64,000 nt of DNA, from positions 90,242 to 154,241 of the forward strand of contig CANBHY010000004.1 in the NCBI GenBank assembly GCA_947368535.1. Reading direction: 5' to 3'. The DNA is from an uncultured Clostridium sp. GTDB taxonomy: Bacteria > Bacillota > Clostridia > TANB77 > CAG-508. Positions 40,838 to 49,558 of this stretch are shown piece after piece. Made by a program: the position numbers and the translations under genes. The notes under the pieces were generated by a model. That model was not told where the DNA came from. It searched no databases and saw nothing but the letters and a program-made list of their open reading frames with translations. Each line of letters opens with the position of its first letter. Position 1 is the stretch's first letter.

Positions 40838-41366
40838 TTACTCTACTTTCATCCGTTTCTTTTGTGTTGCAACTAATTTAACAGTATATTTTAAAGTTTT
40901 TCCTGAATATTTACTGTCATTTTTATTTTCGTCCCATTTAAGTGTTAATTTATAATTAGTTGTTTGTTTTTCTTTGTAAGGTAATTCTATTTCTTCTGTT
41001 CTTCCATTTGTTATAGGCATCACTATTCCAGCACTTACATTTTGTATTTCTGCTGTTATTGGTGAATCTTCTTCTCCTGTGCTTATTTCTAAATAATATT
41101 TTAATAATACTTCATTTTGATGTTGATCATCAAAGTTTGAAACACTAAATTCATAAATTTTTGTATCTCCGTGGAAATAAATTTTCTTCTCTATATGCTA
41201 ATGTGTTATTGCTTAATGTTAATATAGATTTAGCTATCAAATCTGTTTCTGATCGTGTTTGGTTAATATATTTTGAATTTGTGTATCCTATTGAAAATAT
41301 AATTATTAGAAAAATTAGGATAATAAATATAAATCTTATATTTTTTACTTTATTTCCTCTTTTCAT
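40838..41366 (-). pseudogene. TasA/camelysin-like protein with a SipW-cognate signal, interrupted by a +1 frameshift near 41150-41175. The track splits it into 41151-41366 and 40838-41023.
   Basis: The N-terminal part ends ...LAYREENLF and the +1 frame continues HGDTKIYEFSVSNFDDQ...KLVATQKKRMKVE. The signal region GYTNSKYINQT parallels the two paralogs. Confidence 0.55.
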
Positions 41367-41981
41367 TTAGTTTTCTCCAATCTTTTGTTGAATTGTTGCA
41401 TTTACTGCAATTTCTAATTTTTCATCAGCATTAAATACTGGATTTTCTATATCTTGATCCCAATTCCAGTATATTTTTATTTTGTAATTATCTTGTGCTG
41501 TAAAAGCTACTTTTTTTCCATTTTGTTCGTTTAATAATATTTCTCCTGTAATTTGATTATTTTCAATTGTTTTTATTTCTCCATCATTGACTGAATATCT
41601 TGACATGTTAAAATCTATACCTTTTTGAGTTAATATTGTTTTATCTAATTCTATTTTGTATTGTACTGGTACTTCTGTTCCTTCTAAGTCTAATATGACT
41701 TCAAATACTCCATTACTATTTGGGGCTATTTTATTTTCTTTTGTTTCTGTTTCTGAATTTATTTGTGTATTATTTAATGAAAATTTATTACTTGTTTTTA
41801 CATCTTCATTGTTTACTTTAATTTTCCATGTTGCTATTGGTAGTTCTGAAGACACTTTTCCTATATTAGAATATCTTGATGAGGTCATATAAAAGCAAAT
41901 CAATAATATAATGAAAACGTATATTATTAAGAAAATTCCAAATTTCTTTTTTCCTATTCTTCTATATTGTTTTTTAGCCAA
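41367..41981 (-). CDS. TasA/camelysin-like protein with a SipW-cognate-type signal (204 aa).
   Basis: Basic N-terminus, TM helix, then the motif MTSSRYSNIGK analogous to the TasA signal GGTWAAFND. Beta-rich mature domain. Confidence 0.55.
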   Translation of the reverse strand: MAKKQYRRIGKKKFGIFLIIYVFIILLICFYMTSSRYSNIGKVSSELPIATWKIKVNNEDVKTSNKFSLNNTQINSETETKENKIAPNSNGVFEVILDLEGTEVPVQYKIELDKTILTQKGIDFNMSRYSVNDGEIKTIENNQITGEILLNEQNGKKVAFTAQDNYKIKIYWNWDQDIENPVFNADEKLEIAVNATIQQKIGEN

Positions 41982-42037
41982 TTTCTTATTCCTTTCTGCA
42001 TAGTTTTCACCTAAATAATATTTCTAAATATTACTTG

Positions 42038-42064
42038 GGTGAGAACTATGCTTTGTTCTCACCT
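42038..42064 (-). promoter_or_regulatory. GC-stem hairpin between the first and second TasA-like genes, a possible partial terminator or attenuator.
   Basis: 9-bp stem ggtgagaac / gttctcacc with an 8-nt loop and a weak T-tract. Confidence 0.3.
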
Positions 42065-42074
42065 TAACTTTTAA

Positions 42075-42704
42075 TTAAATGTGTTGTTGCATTTGTACTT
42101 TTACCGGTATTTGTAATGTTCTTCCTTCTAATCCTAGTTTTGTATCTACATTATTTCCATAACCATTTTCTGTTACGTTATCTGCTGTAGCTCCATCATC
42201 TGTCCATTTTACTTTAACTTTTATATTTACTGTATCTGCATCTGTTAATGCTGCTCCATTTAATTTTATTGTTCCAGTATAACTATTATCATCTCCAGCT
42301 GTTAGTTCTGTTTCTCCTGCTAAAACTTGATCTATTGTTAAGTGTGCTCCTACATCTTGAAGAGCTGTTTCATCAATTACTAATTTATAATCAACTGATG
42401 TTTCTGATCCTTTTGGATTAATTGAAAATTCACCTGTAGCTGTGCTTCCTGGTGCAATTTTTCCACTAACAACATCTGTGTTTCCATCAATATTAAAATC
42501 AACATTAAGTTCTGATGTTTGAGTGTCACTTAACCCTACTTGCCATTTAGCAACTGCAACTGTTCCTGTTGTTTCTCCTTTCCATGTATATCTTGAATAA
42601 GTTCCTGATATTAAATATAAAGCAATTGCTAATATTAATAGCATTACGATTACACCTATTCTTCTTTTAGAGTTTTGTACTCTAGTTTCGCTTTTCTTTT
42701 GCAT
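42075..42704 (-). CDS. TasA/camelysin-like protein, candidate major subunit (209 aa).
   Basis: MQKKSETRVQNSKRRIGVIVMLLILAIALYLISGTYSRYTWKGET. It is the first structural gene after sipW-2 and is followed by the hairpin. Confidence 0.55.
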   Translation of the reverse strand: MQKKSETRVQNSKRRIGVIVMLLILAIALYLISGTYSRYTWKGETTGTVAVAKWQVGLSDTQTSELNVDFNIDGNTDVVSGKIAPGSTATGEFSINPKGSETSVDYKLVIDETALQDVGAHLTIDQVLAGETELTAGDDNSYTGTIKLNGAALTDADTVNIKVKVKWTDDGATADNVTENGYGNNVDTKLGLEGRTLQIPVKVQMQQHI

Positions 42705-42765
42705 TGTGTTTTCTCCCTTCTTTTTTAAAAACCTTTATTATTTATTATAATTTTAATTATAACCA

Positions 42766-43428
42766 TTAATATGAACCGATTTCACCTAGAGGATGTCTAG
42801 GGGTTGGTCTGTTAATAACTCTTCTAACTTTCTTTCTATTCCTTTTCATCTCTTCTTGTTGTCTATCATTTTCTTCTTTCATTTCTTTCATCATATCTAC
42901 CTTGTCTGCTGCATATACCCAAATTAATCCTACTGCTAGAATAGTTAACAGTGTAAGTAAAAATATTACTGGTTTTTGATACGCATATAATATTTTTCCA
43001 ACTTTAGGTATTTTGCTAACATACGCTCCTTCTATTTGATTTATATTAACAAGTCCTTCATCTTCTTTTAATGCTGCATCACCTTTAGTTTTATAAAATT
43101 GTTCTCCATTTCGTTCTACTATTTGTATTACTCTATGTGTTATAACAGTATCTTCTGCATCTCTATATGAAATAATATCTCCCTCTTTTATAGTTTTTGG
43201 ATTTATCATTTTTGTAAAGAGCAAATCTCCTTCACTATATACAGGTTCCATTGAGCTTGTAAAAACAATGAATGGTTTTATTCCTAGTATATCTGGTATT
43301 TGATTAGGATATTTTTTTGCTTTATATATTACTGTACCTGCTATAACTGTTAGAATTATACATATAGCAAAGAAAATGTTCTTAATAACTTCTGTCGTTT
43401 TTGGCTTTTCTTTATTTTGCATATACAA
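42766..43428 (-). CDS. sipW: SipW-type signal peptidase I, copy 2, with a C-terminal TM helix and basic tail.
   Basis: IVFTSSMEPVYSEGDLL, VITHRV and KGDAALKEDEG. Confidence 0.75.
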   Translation of the reverse strand: MYMQNKEKPKTTEVIKNIFFAICIILTVIAGTVIYKAKKYPNQIPDILGIKPFIVFTSSMEPVYSEGDLLFTKMINPKTIKEGDIISYRDAEDTVITHRVIQIVERNGEQFYKTKGDAALKEDEGLVNINQIEGAYVSKIPKVGKILYAYQKPVIFLLTLLTILAVGLIWVYAADKVDMMKEMKEENDRQQEEMKRNRKKVRRVINRPTPRHPLGEIGSY

Positions 43429-43574
43429 TCCCTCTATTTTTTACATTTTTCTGCTTTATACTACATCTATTTTAACATATATTGCTTATTTGGTGGTTCT
43501 CTTTTTGATTACTTTTAATATCATTTTTCTTACATTTTTTAACTTTATATTACTTTGTTTCTTTTTGGTTACAA

Positions 43575-43622
43575 AACAAAACAAGATTACCTAAAATGTA
43601 GATAATCTTGTTTATTTTTTAG
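43575..43622 (-). terminator. Rho-independent terminator after lysS.
   Basis: Stem aacaagattac(c) / gataatcttgtt with adjacent T-runs. Confidence 0.6.
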
Positions 43623-43640
43623 TTGTTATTAATAATATTT

Positions 43641-45146
43641 TTAGTTTAATGGTTTCATTGTTGGGAATAATAATACATCTCTTATTGAAGCACTGTCTGT
43701 TAGTAACATTACTAATCTGTCAATTCCTATTCCTATTCCTCCTGTTGGTGGCATTCCATATTCTAATGCTTGAACAAAGTCTTCATCCATCATACCAGCT
43801 TCTTCATCTCCAGCATCTCTTGCTTCTACTTGCTTTTTAAATCTTTCATATTGATCGATTGGATCATTTAATTCTGAGAAAGCATTTCCATATTCTCTTC
43901 CTCCAATAAACAACTCAAATCTTTCTGTTAGTCTATTGTCTTTAGGGCTTCTTTTAGCTAGTGGTGATATTTCTACTGGATAATCATATATAAATGTTGG
44001 TTGTATTAATGTTTTTTCTACATATTCATCAAAGAATAGTGCAATTACATCGCCTCTTGTTTCTTTTGTTTTGTCTGGTATTTCTATTCCTCTTTCTTTA
44101 GCTAATTTAACAGCTTCTTCGTCTGTTTCAATTTTATTAAAATCTACTCCACAAGCTTCTTTAACGCTGTCTATCATACTTATTCTCTTCCAGTTTGGTG
44201 TTAAATCTATATCTTGTCCTTGATATGTTATTTTAGTTGTTCCTAAAACTTTTGTAGCACATTTTGTAAATATTTCTTCTGTAATATCCATCATATAGTG
44301 ATAATCTTCATATGCAGCATAAAATTCAATAGTAGTAAACTCAGGATTATGTCTGATATCCATTCCTTCATTTCTAAATATTCTTCCTATTTCATATACT
44401 TTATCATATCCACCAACTATTAATCTTTTTAAGTTTAATTCTGTTGCTATTCTTAAGTACATTTGTAGATTTAAAGAATTATGGTGAGTAATAAATGGTT
44501 TTGCTGTAGCTCCTCCTGAAATGGTATTTAATACTGGTGTTTCAACTTCTAAGTATCCTTTGTCATCTAATATTCTTCTTATTTCACTTATAATTTTGCT
44601 TCTTGTTATAAATGTTTGTTTAACTTCTGGATTCATTATTAAGTCTACATATCTTTGTCTATATCTTAAATCAGCATCTTTTAGTCCATGGAATTTTTCT
44701 GGTAATGGTCTTAATGATTTTGAAAGTAATACTACTTCTTTTGCGTGTACAGAAATTTCTTCTGTTCTTGTTTTAAACACAAATCCAGAAATTCCTATGA
44801 TATCTCCAATGTCCCATGTTTTAAATGCTTTGTAGCTTTCTTCTCCTAAGTCATTTATACTTACATAACTTTGAATTTTTTCGTCACAATCTTGTATCGT
44901 ACAGAAAGACGCTTTTCCCATTATTCTTTTAGCTATAATTCTTCCAGCGATTCTTACATCTTTTTCTTCAAAATTTTCATAGTTTGCTTTTATTTCTCCT
45001 GCTGTACTTGTTCTATCATATTTTGTTATTTCAAATGGATCTTTTCCTGAATCTTGTAATTCCTTCAATTTATCTCTTCTTATTTGCATTAGATGATTTA
45101 TATCTAATTCTTCATTTTGTTCGTTATTGTTATTATTCTCGTTCAT
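43641..45146 (-). CDS. lysS: Lysine--tRNA ligase (class II).
   Basis: 501 aa with an OB-fold anticodon-binding domain plus class II motifs. Confidence 0.95.
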   Translation of the reverse strand: MNENNNNNEQNEELDINHLMQIRRDKLKELQDSGKDPFEITKYDRTSTAGEIKANYENFEEKDVRIAGRIIAKRIMGKASFCTIQDCDEKIQSYVSINDLGEESYKAFKTWDIGDIIGISGFVFKTRTEEISVHAKEVVLLSKSLRPLPEKFHGLKDADLRYRQRYVDLIMNPEVKQTFITRSKIISEIRRILDDKGYLEVETPVLNTISGGATAKPFITHHNSLNLQMYLRIATELNLKRLIVGGYDKVYEIGRIFRNEGMDIRHNPEFTTIEFYAAYEDYHYMMDITEEIFTKCATKVLGTTKITYQGQDIDLTPNWKRISMIDSVKEACGVDFNKIETDEEAVKLAKERGIEIPDKTKETRGDVIALFFDEYVEKTLIQPTFIYDYPVEISPLAKRSPKDNRLTERFELFIGGREYGNAFSELNDPIDQYERFKKQVEARDAGDEEAGMMDEDFVQALEYGMPPTGGIGIGIDRLVMLLTDSASIRDVLLFPTMKPLN

Positions 45147-45286
45147 AATAATTTCCTCTCTTTATATATAAATTTTTATTTTATTTAATTTTGTTGTTTG
45201 TCAGAAGTAGCTTTTTATATGAAGTTAAAATAAATCAGAAAGATTTATTTTAACTACGTTATCTCTATCTTTCTTCATTCGAAGAG

Positions 45287-46519
45287 CTAACGTTTCATTC
45301 TACGTAATATCCAATTTTCCTTTACTTCTATTGGTAAAATCATTTTTACTTTTTGTTCTGCTTTTCCTGGATTTACTGTTTCTATTTCTTCGTCTGTTTC
45401 AATGTCCCATAATTTATCTATTGTAAATTTTACTGTTTCTATTTGTTTTGGGATTATTATTTCCATTTCATCTCCAACAGATAATTTATTTTTTATTTCT
45501 ACTATTGTTTTTTCATTTTCATTTTTTAATACTTTTGCACCAAATTCATATTCTAGATTGTATTGCTTTCCTTCATATTCTTGAAAGTCTTTATTGTTTC
45601 TGTCATTGAAATAGAATGTTGTTAATCCTCTTGTTTTTGTTTTTTCTATTTCATTTAGATATTTTTTAGCATCATAATTTTTAGGATTTTTCATATAATC
45701 ATCTATCGCATTTCTATATGCATTTACTACTGATGCTAAGTAATATTCTGTTTTTAGTCTTCCTTCAATTTTTAAACTGCTTACACCCATTTCTATTAGT
45801 TCTGGTATTTCGTTTATTAAGCATAGATCTTTTGATGAGAATATATATGTTCCATGTTCGTCAGCTTCTACTGGCATCAAATTTCCTGGTTTATTTGTTT
45901 CTTCAACATATATGTTATATGCCCATCTGCAGCTTTGTGCACAATCACCTAGATTAGCACTTCTTCCACAAAGAAAATCACTTAAAAAGCATCTTCCTGA
46001 ATACCCAAAACATATTGCTCCATGGCAAAATGTTTCTATCTCCATATCTTCTGGTATATGTTTTCGCATTTCTCTAATTTGTTCTTTGTTCATTTCTCTT
46101 CCGACTATCACTCTTTTTGCTCCATTATGATACCAGAAGTTTGCATTATGGTAACTTATTACATTTGCTTGTGTGCTAATATGAATATCTATATCTGGTG
46201 CGTATTCTTTTAATATTTCTATAACTCCGCCGTCTGATGCTATTATTCCATCTGGCTTTATTTCATTTAGTTCTTTAGCAGCTTTTATTATTTCGTCATA
46301 TTTTTCATCCCATGCGAATATATTTAAAGCAACATATACTTTTTTATTTAATTTATGAGCATACTCAATTGTCTTTTTTAAATCATCATCTTCCACACTT
46401 ACTCTTGTACGAAGTGACAAGCTTTTAGTTCCCATATATACAGCATCTGCTCCATATAGAAAAGCTATTTTTGCTTTTTCAAATGATCCAGCTGGTGCTA
46501 ATAATTCTATACTATTCAT
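45287..46519 (-). CDS. Peptidase U32 family protein (RlhA/TrhP-like, collagenase-like).
   Basis: 410 aa. The pattern MELLAPAGS...AVY.G and the Cys-rich motif CHGAICFGYSGRCFLS. Confidence 0.8.
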   Translation of the reverse strand: MNSIELLAPAGSFEKAKIAFLYGADAVYMGTKSLSLRTRVSVEDDDLKKTIEYAHKLNKKVYVALNIFAWDEKYDEIIKAAKELNEIKPDGIIASDGGVIEILKEYAPDIDIHISTQANVISYHNANFWYHNGAKRVIVGREMNKEQIREMRKHIPEDMEIETFCHGAICFGYSGRCFLSDFLCGRSANLGDCAQSCRWAYNIYVEETNKPGNLMPVEADEHGTYIFSSKDLCLINEIPELIEMGVSSLKIEGRLKTEYYLASVVNAYRNAIDDYMKNPKNYDAKKYLNEIEKTKTRGLTTFYFNDRNNKDFQEYEGKQYNLEYEFGAKVLKNENEKTIVEIKNKLSVGDEMEIIIPKQIETVKFTIDKLWDIETDEEIETVNPGKAEQKVKMILPIEVKENWILRRMKR

Positions 46520-46660
46520 CCGGCTTTTCCTTTCTTTTATTATAATAATTTTTTAACATTAATAATATATCATACTTTAATTTGTAAATCTAGTTATTTC
46601 TAGACTTTTTTAAATATTTATGTTATGATATGGTTGTTTTTTATGCGAGGTGATTTTTAT

Positions 46661-47440
46661 ATGGCAAATAGCGGTGACTTTTTAAGTAGACTTCTTGTTG
46701 ATGAAGATACTGCTGCTAGACTACAAAAAATGTCTAAATTGCTTGGGAAGCGTCCTTTTTATTTAAAATACTATAAAGTGGCTTTTTTCGAGCATTTGAA
46801 GAATGAATATAATGATATAAGGTTAACTTTTCCTAATGTAGAAATTGTTCCTGAAGCTAGAATTAAAGGTCAGAAAAGTTATGGTGATAAAGTTAATTCT
46901 GCTATTAACAAAAATACGTCTGATATTTATGATATTTTTGGAAATAGATATATTATTATCTCAGTTAATGGTTCTCAAAAAGAAGAAGATATAATCCCTG
47001 TTTTATATCAAATTAGGGATTTTTTAGCATACTCTTATTCTGATAAAGAGGTAATTCCTGAAAGAATAAAAGATTATATTGCTAAACCTAAGCATTCTTC
47101 TTATCAATCTTTACATATTACTAGAGTTCATGATGTTTCAGGTTTAATTACTTTGCCTGATGAATTTAAAACTTTTTCTACTCCACCTGCTTTTCAATCT
47201 GAAACTCAGCTTAGAAGTTATTTTATGCATTATAATGCGCATCAAGGTCCTGCTAGTCATGCTAATCAATATAAAGAAAGAATCCCTGGTATTACACCTC
47301 TTCCTGATTCTATTGAATATATTTTTGATGACAACGGCTTTTGTATAGAAGTTAGAGATAAACCTTTTGAGAAAGCTTTTGAAGATTTTTTTGGTATTGT
47401 TTATGATCCTACACTCTTTTCTTCGTTTAGAGTAAAATAA
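46661..47440 (+). CDS. RelA/SpoT-domain protein (small alarmone synthetase-like) with an extra C-terminal region. Start at ATG 46661, with a GAGGTGA RBS.
   Basis: DI.G.R.I and YQSLHI-type nucleotidyltransferase synthetase motifs. Confidence 0.55.
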   Translation: MANSGDFLSRLLVDEDTAARLQKMSKLLGKRPFYLKYYKVAFFEHLKNEYNDIRLTFPNVEIVPEARIKGQKSYGDKVNSAINKNTSDIYDIFGNRYIIISVNGSQKEEDIIPVLYQIRDFLAYSYSDKEVIPERIKDYIAKPKHSSYQSLHITRVHDVSGLITLPDEFKTFSTPPAFQSETQLRSYFMHYNAHQGPASHANQYKERIPGITPLPDSIEYIFDDNGFCIEVRDKPFEKAFEDFFGIVYDPTLFSSFRVK

Positions 47441-47522
47441 TTTTGCAAAAATATATATTGATTTAATTGGTAAAATATTATAAGATAAGTACTGGAAATA
47501 TAATAAGAATGGAGAAAAAATT

Positions 47523-48443
47523 ATGGAAAAATTATTAGTTTTTGGACACAAAAATCCTGATACAGATTCAATAACAGCAAGTATTGCTATGGCATATTTA
47601 CAAAATAAATTAGGAAAAGCTGTTGAACCTCGTAGACTTGGAAATATTAATAAAGAAACTGAATATGCTCTAAATCATTTTAATGTTGGAGCTCCTGAAT
47701 TACTTACTTCTGTAAGTGAAGATGATTGTGTTATATTAGTAGATCATAATGAAGCTTGTCAATCTGCTCAAGGTATTGAAAAAGCTCATATTCGTATGGT
47801 TGTTGATCATCACACAATGGATTTTAAAGCTTCAGAACCATTATATTATCATTCAGAACCAGTAGGATGTACATGTACAGTTCTTTATAAATTATTTAAT
47901 GATAATAATGTTGTTATACCTGCTGATGTTGCTGGTTTAATGTTAAGTGCAATTATATCAGATACATTATTATTCAAATCACCTACTTGTACTCAAGAAG
48001 ATATTGATGTTGCTGAAAAATTATCTAAAATTTCTAATACAGATATAAATTCTTATGGGTTAGCAATGCTTAAAGCTGGTACTGATTTATCTTCTTTCTC
48101 TGAAGAAGAATTGGTTAATTTGGATGGAAAACAATTTACTTTAGCTGATACTATTAAAACAAAAGTATCTCAAGTAAATACTGCTGATATTGAAGATGTT
48201 ATGACAAGAAAAGAGAAAATAGAAACTGCTATGCAAAAAGACATTGATTCTTTAGGATTAGAACTAAATGTTTTTTTAATTACTGATATTATTAATAGCA
48301 ATTCTCAAGTTATTGTTTTAGGATCTAGATCTGATATAGTTGAAAAAGCTTATTCAGTTACTCTTGAAAATAATACTGCATTTTTACCTGGTATCGTTTC
48401 TAGAAAGAAACAAGTTATTCCAGTTTTAACTGCAAACTGCTAA
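47523..48443 (+). CDS. ppaC: Manganese-dependent inorganic pyrophosphatase (DHH family).
   Basis: HKNPDTDS plus DHH and DHHA2 motifs. Confidence 0.95.
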   Translation: MEKLLVFGHKNPDTDSITASIAMAYLQNKLGKAVEPRRLGNINKETEYALNHFNVGAPELLTSVSEDDCVILVDHNEACQSAQGIEKAHIRMVVDHHTMDFKASEPLYYHSEPVGCTCTVLYKLFNDNNVVIPADVAGLMLSAIISDTLLFKSPTCTQEDIDVAEKLSKISNTDINSYGLAMLKAGTDLSSFSEEELVNLDGKQFTLADTIKTKVSQVNTADIEDVMTRKEKIETAMQKDIDSLGLELNVFLITDIINSNSQVIVLGSRSDIVEKAYSVTLENNTAFLPGIVSRKKQVIPVLTANC

Positions 48444-48471
48444 TTGTGAAATAAACTTTATATTAAAATGC

Positions 48472-48516
48472 AAAAAATCTTCTAGCTATTACTAGCCTAG
48501 AAGATTTCTTTTTTTG
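48472..48516 (+). terminator. Rho-independent terminator of ppaC.
   Basis: Stem aatcttctag / ctagaagatt followed by TTTTTTT. Confidence 0.75.
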
Positions 48517-48554
48517 CTGAGAACTCCCTGCTTCGTGCTTACCGCATGCCTACT

Positions 48555-48818
48555 TCACTCTTCGGCAGCATACTCAAAGAACAATTCTTTCATGTCACTC
48601 CATACCGCATTTCGCTTCTTGTTGTCTTCTGCTGTAAATTGTGCATAACAGTCGTCAAAACTCGGAAGTTTGCTCAGGGGTTGTATAACTTTGGAACTCA
48701 CGTAATACCACTTTTTCTTGAACTTTATGAAATGATGTTGAGTTTTTCCACAGATATGATTTGCTCCATTACCTTTGGTGGTATGTGTGGCTTTTTTTGA
48801 AATAACCGCTGAATCCAT
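48555..48818 (-). CDS. Small hypothetical protein (87 aa) encoded in a GC-rich island.
   Basis: Local GC about 43% against about 27% for the flanks. ORF MDSAVISKKATHTTKGNGANHICGKT... with atypical GC-rich codons. Confidence 0.4.
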   Translation of the reverse strand: MDSAVISKKATHTTKGNGANHICGKTQHHFIKFKKKWYYVSSKVIQPLSKLPSFDDCYAQFTAEDNKKRNAVWSDMKELFFEYAAEE

Positions 48819-48896
48819 TTGGTCAATTGTTTCATTTGAAACACCTCCTATTGTTTGATGCTTCTATTATACTTCATATTTTTTCAGTTATGTCAA

Positions 48897-49508
48897 CTAT
48901 TCTTTTATAACTCTTGTTATCGCTAACCCATCTCCTATTTCTAAAATCTCAGATTTGCACTTATCATTTTCTGTTATTTCTTTAATATATTCACGAAGAT
49001 GTCTAACTGCTGTACGTTGTTTGTGTGCATTATAATCGCTCATTACATAACCTTTGTATAGAATGTTGTCTGCTAATATTAGGCCCTCATTTTTTACTAA
49101 TTTTATTCCGTGTTCTAAGAATACTGGATATTTTCCTTTGGCTGCATCTATAAAAATAATATCATATTCATTATTTATTGTAGGTAATATTTCTATAGCA
49201 TCACCTATAAAAATATTTATTCTATTAGATACTCCTATTTTTTCTACATTTTCTTTTGCTTCTTTTGCTCTTTCTTCACTTAACTCAATTGTGTCAATTA
49301 TACAATCGTTTGATGTAACTCTAGCAAATGTGCTTGCAGAATACCCTACAGCTGTTCCTATTTCTAATATTCTTTTTGGTTTTTCCTCTTTTAAGATTTC
49401 TTCTATCTTCTCTAGGGTGTCGTCCATTAATATTGGAATATGTTCTTCTAAAGCTTTTTCTTTTACTTTTTTTAGTTCTTCTTCGTTAAACATTTTATCT
49501 CCTATCAT
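48897..49508 (-). CDS. Class I SAM-dependent O-methyltransferase (YrrM/TrmR-like).
   Basis: ILEIGTAVGYS SAM motif and DIIFIDAAK. Confidence 0.8.
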   Translation of the reverse strand: MIGDKMFNEEELKKVKEKALEEHIPILMDDTLEKIEEILKEEKPKRILEIGTAVGYSASTFARVTSNDCIIDTIELSEERAKEAKENVEKIGVSNRINIFIGDAIEILPTINNEYDIIFIDAAKGKYPVFLEHGIKLVKNEGLILADNILYKGYVMSDYNAHKQRTAVRHLREYIKEITENDKCKSEILEIGDGLAITRVIKE

Positions 49509-49511
49509 TAT

Positions 49512-49548
49512 ATAAAAAGAGTTCTGTTTTTTCAGAACTCCTTTTTCC
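49512..49548 (-). terminator. Rho-independent terminator after typA.
   Basis: Stem gagttctg / cagaactc with T-runs. Confidence 0.6.
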
Positions 49549-49558
49549 TATTAAAATT

